From the NCBI RefSeq assembly GCF_009914755.1, contig NC_060934.1: a stretch of DNA of 64,000 nt, one strand, 5' to 3'. Under the pieces are notes generated by a model, which made no database searches, was not told where the DNA came from, and was given only the letters and a program-made list of their open reading frames with translations. Numbering within the stretch: position 1 is the first letter of the stretch; the number at the start of each line of letters is the position of its first letter. The translations under genes were made by a program, and so were the position numbers. This stretch comes from the human T2T-CHM13v2.0 reference genome, Homo sapiens. This document shows, piece after piece, positions 47,969-61,180 of the stretch.

Positions 47969-49763
47969 AGGCCAACCTTTTTCTATACCTGATGAGGAAA
48001 CTCAGTGTTTAAGTGAAATCAAGTTCACTCTGCTAGTTCGTCGAACACAGAGCTGGTTCTGGAATGTTGATAGTGGTTAAGTTTTATTTCTCCAATGCTT
48101 AAGTTTCATTTCTACAAGTAGGCATCCTGCCCATTAGAAATGAGTTTCCCTCTCTAGTTTCCATTGTTTTTTTCCTATTTGTAGACACAGACACACACAC
48201 ACTCTCTCTCTCTCTCTCTTACACAATGTGTTGGCTGTTTCCTTATTGTTGCTCTGTCCTGTGTGGTTCATGGCTGTATTTATCCAAGGACACACTGGGC
48301 CAGATCCTGAATACCTAATCAGTTGAGCCAGAGCCTCACAGAACCAGGACTGCTGCCAAATTCAGTGACCACATGACAAACACTCACTCTGTTTCTCTGA
48401 CACGCTGTTACTAGCAATAATTTTATGCATGAAAATTCCAAAGTCATACTACTCTCAGTGTAAGCAGCTCTCCTAATGTTCATTTCAGTATTTGCTTATG
48501 TTTCTATCCCTTTTAGAGTTGAGTCAGGGCTAGTGCCTTACAGAAGATATTTGTATCTGAAAACACAATTGGCCTCCTAGAAGCTTCCCATCTGATACAG
48601 AACTGGAGAGAGAGAGCTGAGAGGAAATGAGTCCCATTCCAAAATCTCTTCTCCCCCTACACAGGTCCATCCTCACTAGGGAGAGGTTGAATGCCTGCTG
48701 CCCAAGAGGTACTGCTGGGCTCTATGTGTAGATATGGCCAGGGCTCCCTGACCTGAGCCTGAGATGGGAATATGTAGATTGCCCTGGCCTGAAGCTCAGA
48801 ACAGGACACCCCTATCTCAGCAGCTGCACAGTCAGATATGACATGAAACACCTCTCTCTCAGTGCCCACTGGGAAAAATTGTAGTCTGGAAGGGCTCCAG
48901 CTAATGGTCAGCACAGACTGCACAGATAAGGGGACTTGTCCCACACTGTGAAAGCAACACTCACAATTACTGAATGCTGTTAAATGAGACATGCTTTCCA
49001 TGCAATATCCCACTTCATCTCAACATAACCCCATGACGAAAGTCCTAGTGCTATTCCGATTCCATGGGTAAGTAAATGTGGCTTAGAAATGTGAACCAAC
49101 TATCCCAAGATCACATGTCCAGTAAGCAGCAAAGTCCATTAATGACCCCAGGTAGTCTGATTCCAGGTGGCCTTCACTACTGAGCAACATCATCTTGTGC
49201 GCACAAAGACAAGTAAAGGTAAAGGGTTTTAATAGTTCTCATTATGCCCAAGCTGCAGAGCAAGAAAGGAAACCTCAGAAGAAAACATCCCATTGGCCCC
49301 AAATATAGAATAATGGTTGTTCTATGATGGGGTGCTATTGTCTTATACTCAGAGTACACAACCCCAAAATAAACAAGATGGCAAATATCTGTGCAGAACC
49401 CCCTCCATCAGGTGATTCTGTCACCTGACAGGTGTAGAAGGTTTTTTCTAATGGCCTTGGTTTGCTCAACCCCAGATGGAACAATGTTTGACTAACAATC
49501 ATTCTTCCCTTTCAGCAAACTTGGTCTTCCACAGCAGGGCTACGTGGGCCTAGTTTCCTTTCCCTCATTCCCCTGAATGGTTCTAACCTCCATTTCTGTG
49601 CTGTCATTATGCTTAGAGAATTTTTCTGCCTACTTTTATTATTAGAGTATACTCAAGGAATAAAATGGGGATTCTCATTACTTAAGTAATGTTGAGATTT
49701 GGTGGGTTTATGGAAGAATACATGGATCTAAATGATATCCTGTGCTTGTAAGATGTCAAGACG

Positions 49764-50077
<314 letters not shown>

Positions 50078-50419
50078 GTCAAGAGGTCCAGCACATTCTT
50101 CTAGGAACTTGTCTCATGCGAATGGGGAGATGTGGTCTATCTCAAGTTGCCTAAATCCTTCCTTGAATAGATGTGGAGATGGGTTTTTAATTCACATAGA
50201 GAGAGAGATTATATACTATACTCTTTCTTAAGCATATTCTTTTCCTAAGATGTCTGCTCTCATTTCAACTGTGAATGCATAAGATCTTATGTGACGTTCC
50301 TTTTCTGGGTAGTCCTTCTTGTCTATATAATTTTTGGCTTTAGAAAGGTCAGGAGCAGTAACTGGAGCAGTAACTCAGAAGTTCCCTGAAAAGAAAGAGA
50401 AGAGCTGCCCCAGACATCT

Positions 50420-50685
50420 GAGAGCATCATTAACACCTGTGACCATGATGGGTCAAGACAAAATACAAGGCCACTCTGTAATCAGGTCTGAGTGCAGACA
50501 AAAATACGAATATTTTCCAACTGGATTCGAAAATAATCAAGCAGCCCCTTAAACTGGCCAATATGAATGACTGCTGCTTCCTTTCAAATTACACCTGTCA
50601 CCTTGGTCTAGTCTTCTCTTTTTCCAGACACAATTTAAGATACCCAATTATAGAATCATTTCTGCTTCCTGACAGCCTCCCATCC
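50420..50685 (+). mobile_element. MER54-like ERVL LTR fragment
   Basis: tgtgaccatgatgggtcaagacaaaa..aaggccactctgtaatca..gtctga..cagacaaaaa. Confidence 0.45.
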
Positions 50686-51813
50686 CATGCCCATGACCAC
50701 ACCTTACCACATGGGAGCCTGGGAAATATAGTCTAGTTACAGGCCCAGGACAAAGAAGAAATAGCACAGCGAGGCTACAGTTTCATTTGGTAATTATGAG
50801 AAGACTGTAATGAAGTTAATAACCCTACCTTGAAATGCTCACTCAGAGGGAAATCGCTCTCAGTCTTTGCCCTTTTGCTTATCTTGGTGCACTACCCCTA
50901 CAAAACCAAGATCCAGAAACGTACAGGATGACATTGTAACAATTCACAAGAGGAATTCAGAATAGCAGCTTTCCAAATTTTCCTTTTTCTCTGCTAATTG
51001 TGTGGGCAATTACATCAGCCTTGGGATCATATAAATTTTTCATTAAACATGTGAACATTGTTTGATTGACTCTCTGATGGTTGTTGCTTTGTAACAGATA
51101 ATCTTCAAAATAGTAGAAACAGAAGAAACATAAGGACAACTCAGAAGAACTATGTGAATTTGGATTTAGATTTTTAACCCCCATGACCCCATCACATTCT
51201 CTGACTACATTGCATATGTTTCTCTACTGACCAGCTCAAACATTGTTGTTTGAACCACTAATGGTGAACAGTAAAGATCATCAAAACAGTCAAATGCTTG
51301 AATAGGCTCCACTATAGCCAGGGTTGGCAGTAATGCAAATGCTGCTGGAGGATGTAACCAGTATGGGACCCTTCTTATAGACCAATATCTCAAAATTGAG
51401 GAGTTGTTTTGCCTAACACAGCCCCACAGAAGAAGACCTAACCATCTGCAACCTCATTCTTCCACAAATTGACAATGACTTTCTACAGTATTCTTTTAGG
51501 CACAAACCACTGACCCTGGTCTAAGGAGCTTCCATTGTAGACGTCCCTGGAACCACCTGGCGGGATACATGTGATAGTAACAAGTTTGACAACAGAGTCT
51601 GACATGATTCACAAAAATATACGTTCCTGTCTGCCACTGGTTTTTCCACAACACTGAATGTCATCATAAAGTCCAGTTACCCTCTATCTCCTACACCACA
51701 TTGACTCCAGCAAGGGAATTTGCGTATCAAAACTGCTTCTCACACACCCATCCTCTTAGCTGCCAAAACTCAGCATGTATTTGTAATCAAAGCAGAGACA
51801 GCCCTATTCCTCT

Positions 51814-51903
51814 GTATCATTTTCACCCTGCCAATTCACTAGGCATCAAGGGTGTAAAAAACTGCCTGGATATACCTCCCATATATAAGCACCATGCTTA
51901 TCT
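51814..51903 (+). promoter_or_regulatory. IFIT1B: IFIT1B core promoter (CACCC, CCAAT, TATA, GATA; no intact ISRE)
   Basis: CACCC 51824-51828, CCAAT 51831-51835, TATATAA 51882-51888, CTTATCT (AGATAAG on -) 51897-51903. Confidence 0.7.
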
Positions 51904-51993
51904 GAGAAGCCCTAGAACTCTGTGGACGAACCTTGAAGGAGCCTCCAAGCCTGAACCAAAGCACTACAGATCACCTGCTATCTTCATAGCACC

Positions 51994-51998
51994 ATGAG
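51994..51998 (+). CDS. IFIT1B: IFIT1B exon 1 coding part (ATG AG); exon starts at about 51915
   Basis: gcaccATGAG|GTAAAG; good Kozak context, about 110 nt below the TATA box, in frame with exon 2. Confidence 0.9.
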
Positions 51999-52104
51999 GT
52001 AAAGTCTTTCTCTGCTTCACTGACCTTATTTCTGCACACTTTGAAATTCTAAAACTTTCCTTAAGGGCCAATTTTTTGACAGGCCTTCTCCTAAGGGAGC
52101 TGTC

Positions 52105-52612
52105 CCACTGGTGGTTCTGACCCTGATAGGCACCCTCAACATGATAACCAAGAAGAGTTTAATAAGGGGGCTATTTAAGACGATATGGGCAAAGTTTAGG
52201 GAAATCAACAGGAAATGGTGCTTGTTGGTTGCAGGGCAGCGGGAAGAGGCGTGTTGGTTTACAACAGTGGTAACATGATAACCCTGGGCCTACAGGAGCA
52301 AGAGGAGAGAACCAGACCCAAGGAGACTCTAAGCTATAGCTGTAGGGGAGGGGCTTCTCAAGAGGCCTTTGGTGAAAAAATCACTGACAACCTCAAGCAG
52401 AGCACAGTGGGAGCTTAGGAATTAATTCCATGACCTTCACCTCCTCCTGCAATTTAATATCTGGCTGGTGCTCCCCAGTGGGCCAACCCCAGTAGAAAGT
52501 AAAAAATAAAAGAGTTTTGGAGTTAATAAAGTCCATAGAGTCAGCTTCCAAGCACAGAGCATGGTGAAGAATGTAGGAAAGTAGATTCAGAGGGGCAAGA
52601 TGAGAATATATG
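52105..52612. mobile_element. LTR33-like ERVL LTR
   Basis: agagtttaataagggggctattta ... gcacagagcatggtgaag..agtagattcagaggggcaa. Confidence 0.55.
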
Positions 52613-53076
52613 TAGAGGCAAGTTTCCTAACTCCTGTTACAGAGCTCGCTTAGTAAGGGTAGCTGGCTTAATAAAAGCAGCAATGCTCTTAAGGAAATAA
52701 ACGAGAAAGCAATCTTATTTCCAAAGATGTCATTTCTGTAGCACTTTCTAATAGAGGGACAATTACCCAGGCAACACTTAAAGACTGTTCACCAGGGAAC
52801 AGAGGCCTGAGCCTAGAGAGGAGACTGGCCCGGGGACCAGTCAGGGCAAGAGCATTGAGATCCTTTTAATATACAAAATACTCTTTTAGGCATCCAGGTG
52901 AGAAGAAGCAGCTATTTTTATTTGATAAATTGGTTAAATTCACGTGGGAAAAAGAAGCTACTTTCAGAGATGGCTGTTTTTCTGTTGTTTGTTTGTTTTT
53001 GATACCAAGTCAAATTTTGTGATTACTGTGAAACTATGAAATTGTGATTACTATGAAATTTGCTTTTCACTGAATT

Positions 53077-53262
53077 AACTGTTCTCAAAGTGTGGTCCCC
53101 TGACTAGCAACATCAGCATCACTTGGGAAGGTAGCAGAAATGCAAATTCTCAGGCCCTACCCTAAACCTGCTGACTCAGAAACTCTAGGGTGGGGCCCAT
53201 CAATCTGTGTGTTATAAGTTTTCCAGGTGATCATGTTGCCTGCTAAAATTTGAAAAACCATT
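53077..53262. mobile_element. MER5A
   Basis: gttctcaaagtgtggtcccctgactagcaacatcagcatcacttggga..agaaatgcaaattctcaggccc. Confidence 0.8.
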
Positions 53263-53610
53263 ATACTAGATGTTAGAAAATAAGAAATTTTGTAGGCATT
53301 GTGATATGTTTGTTCCACAAAATATATATTTCTTTTTTTCCTGGTGTAGTTAGAACTGGTGACCTGCAGAAAATGCTTTCACTCAAAAGTATTCTGACCT
53401 GCTAGAGTTCTCCCATCTGATGTTGCAGTCAGTGGGAGAGGAAGAACTTTACAGAAAAAGGGGCTGCTCTTTTGAGATCCCTTTCTAGCAAACATGTAGA
53501 CCTGTCTTGAGAAGAAATTATAAATGAAGGATTGCAAAAAAATTCACCACAAGAGTACCCAAGTCTCTCTTTTTAATATAACGGGCTCCTGGTCATAAGA
53601 TGTTAGTTGT

Positions 53611-53912
53611 GGCTGGGCATGGTGGCTCACACCTGTAATCCCAGCACTTTGGGAGGCCGAGATGGGCAGATCACGAGGTCAGGAGATCAAGACCATCCTG
53701 ACTAACAAGGTGAAACCCCGCCTCTTCTAAAAAATACAAAAAATTAGCCGGGAGTGGTGGCGGGCGCCTGTAGTCCCAGCTACTCAGGAGGCTGAGGCAG
53801 GAGAATGGCGTGAACCTGGGAGGCGGAGCTTGAAGTGAGCCGAGATTGCACCACTGCACTCCAGCCTGGGCAACAGAGTGAGACTCCGTCTCAAAAAAAA
53901 AAAAAAACAAAA
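53611..53912 (+). mobile_element. AluY-like
   Basis: TSD aagatgttagttgt / aaggtattagttgt. Confidence 0.95.
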
Positions 53913-54293
53913 GGTATTAGTTGTGTCTGCATCTGTGGAGTTGACAGAAAGCAAGCCTTTCATTCCCTGCTGCCTTGGTAGCTAGTCTATGTGAGAGGTT
54001 TTGCAATGGCCTGGGCGTATGTTTCTAGAAGCCACTGACCTGAGGTGGCCTAAGGGGAATCTGGACTATCCCAGACTGAATAATGCCCACATCAAAATCC
54101 TCCTGATCCCACTGGTTCAGGGACAGAGGAGCAGATTGAGCTCCTCCTTCCATTCATGCTTATTGATCAAGACAGCTTAAGTGGAGCTTAAGTGGACAAG
54201 ATCCAGGGAAATGCCTCACAAAACATGGTGACGAGTCCCTGTCTGCCACAGGCATACAGGGATTAGGTCACTACATACATGCACAAACTCATC

Positions 54294-54591
54294 TTTTTTT
54301 TTTTTTTTTTCCAGACAGGGCCTCCCTCTGTCACCCAGTCTGGAGTGCAGTGGCATGATCACAGCTCACTGCAGCCTCCACCTGCCCGGGCTCAGGTGAT
54401 CCTCCCACGTCAGCCCAAGTCGCTGGGACTACTGGTGTGCATCGCCAGGCCCGGCTAATTTTTGTATTTTTTGAGAGACATGGTTTCGCTATGTTGCCCA
54501 TGCTGGTCGTGAACTCCTGGGCTCAAGCAATTCACCTGCCTTGGACTCTCAAAGTGTTGGGATTACAGGCATTAGCCACCACGCTGGGGCC
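54294..54591 (-). mobile_element. Alu (AluJ-like)
   Basis: Reverse dimer. Confidence 0.9.
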
Positions 54592-55560
54592 TAATTTGAT
54601 GATAATATGTATACTACTAATAACAGCACTTTCTGTATGCTCACCAGATAAAAGGAGGACTTTAGGCTCTCAGCATTTCCATTTTAGAGAGTGAGGACAC
54701 CTCTAGGGTGATATTCTACTCCTTAGTCTTCCCAGGGCCCAAGTCAAGAAGATACATGTTGATGAACAACCACCTATAAGAAAGAGCAATAATTCTCTTC
54801 TGGAACTTGGCAGGGCAGCCTTGTAAGATTGTGTAAATTGTGCACTTGAAATTCTACAATCTCAGTGAAAGCCAAAATCTAGTATACTTTTTTCCACCTA
54901 TCAATGCATGGCCATGATTAGATCACTCAGAGGAAGACTGATCTCTTTCTACTGCTCACAAATGTGCTGAGTGGGCTAGCAGCTGAGATGCTGAGATTGG
55001 GTACATATTTAGAAAGCTTGGAATGGCTTATCTTCAAATATTCCAGCAGCTCTAGAGTAATGGAAGTCTGTGTGGATTATTTTCCCTGGGTAGTGTCTGT
55101 TCTCATCATAGCACAAGCTCCACGGGGCATGAGTGGACGATTTGGGTCAAAAACTCTTCCCGATTCCATCTTCTGTAGGGGTGGTGACTATTTTCAGTGA
55201 GCATTCTTCAGCACAATATTAATTTTACTTACTCCTGACCCCACCTCACCCAGCATATGTCCCACACACACCCCCACACACAGGTTTCATTGGGTAATCT
55301 TCCTGGGCCACAGCTGGAAGGAAGATTTCTGGGACTCCTCATCTCAGCAGTCAACTATACAGTCCTATCCTAAAGCAATATGCCAGGACTCTCATATTCC
55401 ACAGACTCAAGGATGGAGAAGATGGCTTGGGATTGTGGGCAGGAATGCACTCAAGGAGGGTCTAAGCATAGTAGGGAGTTTTTTAGATGGAGACTCTGAG
55501 GGAAAAGTGAGGGCTGTGTTGAGCTGCCAGCTGTGCTCAAAGCAGCAGTCATAAGCCTGA

Positions 55561-55927
<367 letters not shown>

Positions 55928-57176
55928 GTGAACTTTTTCTTTCCCTTTATTTTCAAAAAAGAATGTTTCATCATCCATTTTTTGTGATTAGATTATGGTT
56001 ATATTATATTATATTATGGTTATATTGAGTCAGGATTTATATAAAAATTGTTTTTGCTATACATTGCCATATAGAGAGTAAGAGAAAATTTCATAATGGT
56101 CCTCTCTGAAATCATTCCTTGGGCCTAACAGATAGAAAACATGTCAAGTATAGACTGTAAAGTAATTAGTTTAGAACACAGAGGTAAATATACTTACATA
56201 GGATGTGAGGACCACTTTTTCAACTATTAAGGACAAATTTCTTTTTCTTCCTTCATGTTCTTATAGGGAGACTAGGACTTCAGTTCCACTTCAGAGGAGC
56301 GTGAACTATTGGGGAAAAAAACCCTTCTGGTCCCACTGACTTCATATTATTCTCTCTTCCTCATGAGTGGCTGAGAGATTACTACAATTGTTGAGATTTT
56401 ATAGCCTGTCCTCCACTAGGCTTCAGGGTTACTTGATGTCAGGAGCACTGACTTACAAAAGTGGGACTTGCCACTTCTTCAAAGAGACACATCTTACCTA
56501 TGTAATGTTCATTCATGCCTCTTCTTCTGTCCCCATCAGTAAGGCTGCCCTTGTGAGGTGGTTCCACCCACTTGGAACCCCTCCATTTAGGATTGGTTGA
56601 GTAAGTGCACACAGGCAAAGGAGTTAGAAACCCTACCACATTCTCCAACCTGGCTTGAGCATTCATGAAGTCCTGCATTTGAAACCATATTTGGCTCTCA
56701 TATTTTACTCAGAACCCTTCATGGGAGGAGAGAAAACCAAAATGTGTTTACGTGTTGAGAACATGAAAAAGATGAGTAAGGAACCCACCTTTCTGTGAAC
56801 CCTCTCTCCACATTTCTTCTGACTGCATTAGTCATGGACTGCAAAGTCAGGAGGAAGCAGAAAGAAGACAGGTTTTGCAGTGTTGAGGGTGGTGCTGAGA
56901 TTATTTTGATGTTAGCAGAATTAACCTCTTTTGAATTGACTTTTAGACTTCATGTAACCTATCTGTTGGCACTACAAGATGATTAGCATTTCCCCTTGGT
57001 TTTTATGTCAACCTGTTCTCTTTCCTAATGACATGACTGTAGAACCCAGAGGGGCACCAGATAATGGAGGCAGGGAAATTAGGATAGAGCATATTTGACT
57101 ATTTGAAGTGCTGGCTTCATTTTCAGTGGACTGAATACTTTCTCAAAATGTAATTAATTGCTGCCTATTTTTACAG

Positions 57177-58596
57177 TGAAGAATCTGATGGAAAGCTTAT
57201 TGAAGACAGCCTGATTCAGCTGAGATGTCACTTTACATGGAAGTTGTTAATTGAAGCCCCTGAAATTCCTGATTTAGAAAACAGGATCTGGGAAGAGATT
57301 CAGTTCCTGGACACCAAATACAATGTGGGAATACACAACCTACTAGCCTATGTGAAACACCTGAAAGGCCAGAATGAGGAAGCCCTGGTCAGCTTGAAAA
57401 AGGCTGAAGACTTAATTCAGAAAGAACATGCCAACCAAGCAGATATTAGAAGTCTGGTGACCTGGGGCAACTTTGCCTGGGTGTATTACCACATGGGCAG
57501 ATTGGCAGAAGCCCAGACTTACCTGGACAAGGTGGAGAACACTTGCAAGAAGTTTGCAAATCCTTCCCGCTATAGAATGGAGTGTCCAGAGGTGGACTGT
57601 GAGGAAGGATGGGCCTTGGCGAAGTGTGGAGGAAAGAATTATGAACGGGCCAAGACCTGCTTTGAAAAGGCTCTGGAAGGGAACCCTGAAAACCCTGAAT
57701 TCAATACTGGGTACGCAATCACCGTCTATCGCCTGGATAAATTTAACACAGCATCAGGGAGGAATAAGGCATTTTCTCTGCACGTCCTAAAACGAGCTGT
57801 CAGGCTAAATCCAGATGATGTATATATTAGGGTTCTCCTTGCCCTGAAGCTTCAGGATGAAGGACAGGAAGCTGAAGGAGAAAAGTACATTGAAGAAGCT
57901 CTGACCAGTATATCTTCACAGGCCTATGTCTTTCAATATGCAGCCAAGTTTTATCGAAGAAAAGGGTCTGTGGATAAAGCTCTTGAGCTCTTAAAAATGG
58001 CCTTGGAGACAACACCCACTTCTGCCTTCCTGCATCACCAAATGGGGCTTTGCTACAGGGCACAAATGATCCAAATCAAGGAAGCTACAAACTGGCAGCC
58101 TAGAGGGCAAGATAGGGAAACTGTGGACAGATTGGTTCAATTGGCTATATGCAAATTTGAAAAGACTATAATGTTAAAGCGAACATTTGAGATGGCCTAT
58201 GTTGACCTGGCTGAAACGTATGCAGAAATAGGCCACCACAGAAAGGCTGAGGAACATTTTCAGAAAGGGTTACGCATGAAGATCTTTGAAGATCAGCTAA
58301 AGCAAGAGATTCATTACCACTACGGCCGTTTCCAAGAACATCATGGGAAATCTCAAGATAAAGCAATTACCCATTATTTAAAAGGTTTGAAAATAGAAAA
58401 AATGTCCCATTCCAGGGAAAAACTTCTCAATGCTTTAGAGAAATTGGCTAAAAGATGTATTCACCAGAATGTACGGGTTGTGGAAAGTGTCAGCCTCCTT
58501 GGGCTTATCCACAAATTGAAAGGAGAAGTAAGTGATGCTTTGCTGTGCTATGAGAGGGCTCTGAGGCTGGCTGCTGACCTGAACCCTATATTTTAA
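57177..58596 (+). CDS. IFIT1B: IFIT1B exon 2; interferon-induced protein with tetratricopeptide repeats 1B (474 aa with exon 1)
   Basis: Acceptor ctatttttacAG|; MSEESDGKLIEDSLIQLRCHFTW...YERALRLAADLNPIF; 5+1420 nt = 474 codons plus stop. Confidence 0.98.
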
Positions 58597-58676
58597 CATA
58601 GAGGTCACCATTATCCATTTAATGGTCTTATAACTAAATAGAATGACTATGAAATTAAATAATGCAAACTTAAAGC

Positions 58677-59094
58677 TGTTGGAAATTTACCTTATTTTGA
58701 GCCTTGAGAGGAATGTGGCTGTGTGGCCTGAGTTATGTAGCATGCAACTGCAACTTCTGCTTTTTCCTGTAAATGATCAGGAAAGGCCTTGTGGCACCAG
58801 ACATAAGACCCCCTGAAAGTATCATCCCTCCTGATGGAATGGTAAAGCAATCTTTCTTGGAACATAGCAAGTAGTAACCGATCAAATTGCTATAACGTGT
58901 GTACTGACCTTATGTGGAAAATGCTGCAACCCTGTTTACTGCCTATGTAAGTGAAATCTTAACTTCCCCATTTTGGAATGCTGACTCCAGTCATTAGGTG
59001 TCTGTATTTCCTGAGTGGTTACCCTCAAGCTTTGTGCTCAAATAAACTCTATACTTAATCATAGTTTCTGAATTCCATTATTTGAGATTGAGAC
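58677..59094 (+). mobile_element. LTR47-like ERV LTR in the IFIT1B 3'UTR
   Basis: TG...CA termini; ccctcaagctttgtgctcaaataaactctatacttaatcata..tctgaatt..attattt. Confidence 0.65.
59041..59046 (+). terminator. IFIT1B: IFIT1B poly(A) signal (within the LTR)
   Basis: First canonical AATAAA I see after the stop; a variant ATTAAA is at 58654-58659. Confidence 0.65.
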
Positions 59095-59882
59095 AACAGT
59101 CTTTCCCAATTGCTGCCTTCAAAAATGTATAGTCTGATGAAATACAAAATACTTCGGTATAACACATACTCTATTGCCTGGCCACCCCCCTCATTTTTTC
59201 CTCTTCAATCCATGTGTCTGCGGCAGGAGCATCTATTCTTCCACAACACATCCCTGCATTCATTGACCAAGGCTTATTAATGCTGTTTTAGGCACCTACA
59301 TCTGCTGGGACAATAAGAATCATTTTCCTTAAAATTTTGCCTTTGGAATGAGCAGTTTTCATCCTCAGTCTCCCAAACAAAGGAGACCTAAACAGGGAAG
59401 GTTTCTGTTCCATGTGGCCAGGGTCACTGACCTGCAACAAAACCTAAGAGTAAAATAAATGAGCAAAGACAAGAGTTAGAAAGGAGGGAATTTCAGGAGT
59501 TCTACAGCATTCTAGCTGGAGTTCTATTTCCCAAGGCCCTACTGTAGCTGGGACCTGCTGGTCAGTGAGCCAAGCCTTATAATAAATTCAAATTTTTGTT
59601 TACATGTGTCCAGCTGCTGGCAATCACAAGGGATCTACGTGACCCAAACACACTGCTGGACATTTATTCACACCTGAGATCACACCTAAAATCACACATC
59701 TAAGATTACACCTAAGAGCTTTGCTAAGATCACAAATTCTTGGAGTGTATTTTATTAGTGATATTCAAAAACAAGTGTATTTTGTGTTTGATTTCAAATA
59801 GAAAAATGTAGAACCAACTTACACAGCATTAGAAGGCCTGAAGCAGAGGAAGTGATGGAATAGAAACCTGACCAAGAATTTT

Positions 59883-60056
59883 TATAATTTTTATTTATTT
59901 ATTAGAGGCAGGGTCTTGTGATGTTGCTCAGGCTGGAGTTCAGTGGCTATTTACAAGCACAGTCATAGCACGCTGCAGCCTTAAACTCCTGGCCTCAAGA
60001 GATCTTCCCTCCTCAGCCACCTGAGTAGCCAAAACCATAAGTGCATGCCACCATGT
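59883..60056 (-). mobile_element. Old Alu monomer (FRAM/FAM-like)
   Basis: Single diverged arm. Confidence 0.75.
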
Positions 60057-60801
60057 ACCACTTCCTACCAAGAATTTTTCAAAAAACTAGGGAGGCATTT
60101 ACTACTACAGGCCATGGAATTTTAAGATTGACTTATGTTACTTGGATCCTTGAAAGCGGGGAGTGACCAATGATGGAGATTTGGGAGAGTGGGGAGGCAG
60201 GGGAGTGGAGTCATTTAGATGACACCTGGAAAGCACAGGAGTAACACCTTTTTCAACTTTGTTGATAGTAAACAAAGAACGTACTTATTCAATTTAACCA
60301 GAGGAAACTACTATTGACTTTTCCCTGTAAACAAGGTGTGATTCAGGCTCACCTGGCCTCTGAATTCCTTACTTGTAACTGCCACAGAGCTTCTTGTAGG
60401 GGAGATTTGCCTCCATTCATGGAATTAATCTAAATGAGACATCTGAGGACATATCTCTACTAATTAGAAAACACAGAGACAATGTTCTTCTAACTGGACA
60501 ACTCTAAGCTTTTGGTTTGGCTCAGTTCTGTAATTGTTAGTAAACTGACAACTATTTGCTCCTTAGCTACTGGTTACTCTTGGCAAAAAGAAGTAACAAG
60601 AGATTTACAGTCCTCTTGGCTGAATTCATCACAAATAAAATAAAATTACTCAGCTAGTTAGTAAGTTGTCAGGAAATTAGGTTTTATTGAATCAAATTCA
60701 TTCATTAATTAATATTGAAACCTTCCCACCACTCCAGGTACTGGAACCAAAACCTTTTGCAACTGCATCTACTTAATAGAGTTTATGAGTCTGTGGGTAT
60801 A

Positions 60802-60841
60802 TGAGTGTGTGTGTGTGTGAGAGAGAGAGAGTGTGTGTGTG
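60802..60841. repeat. (TG)n(AG)n(TG)n microsatellite
   Basis: Directly visible. Confidence 0.9.
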
Positions 60842-60878
60842 TTTGGATGAGCACCAAGTAAGTCTTAAAACTATTTTA

Positions 60879-61180
60879 GGCTGGGCGCCGTGGCTCACGC
60901 CTGTAATCCCAGCACTTTGGGAGGCCGAGGTGGGCAGATCATGGGGTCAGGAGATCGAGACCATCCTGGCTAACACAGTGAAACCCCGCCTCTACTAAAA
61001 ATACAAAAAATTAGCCGGGCGTGGTGGCGGGCGCCTATAGTCCCAGCTACTCGGGAGGCTGAGGCAGGACAATGGCGTGAACCCAGGAGGTGGAGCTTGC
61101 AGTGAGCCGAGAGATCCCGCCACTGTACTCCAGTCTGGGTGACAGAGCAAGACTCCGTCTCAAAAAAAAAAAAAAAAAAA
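60879..61180 (+). mobile_element. AluY
   Basis: CpG-rich full dimer; ctatttta flanks. Confidence 0.95.

Noticed and set aside
57244-57246. Start of the 450-aa ORF
   Set aside because: TTG internal to exon 2; the true N-terminus comes from the ATG at 51994.
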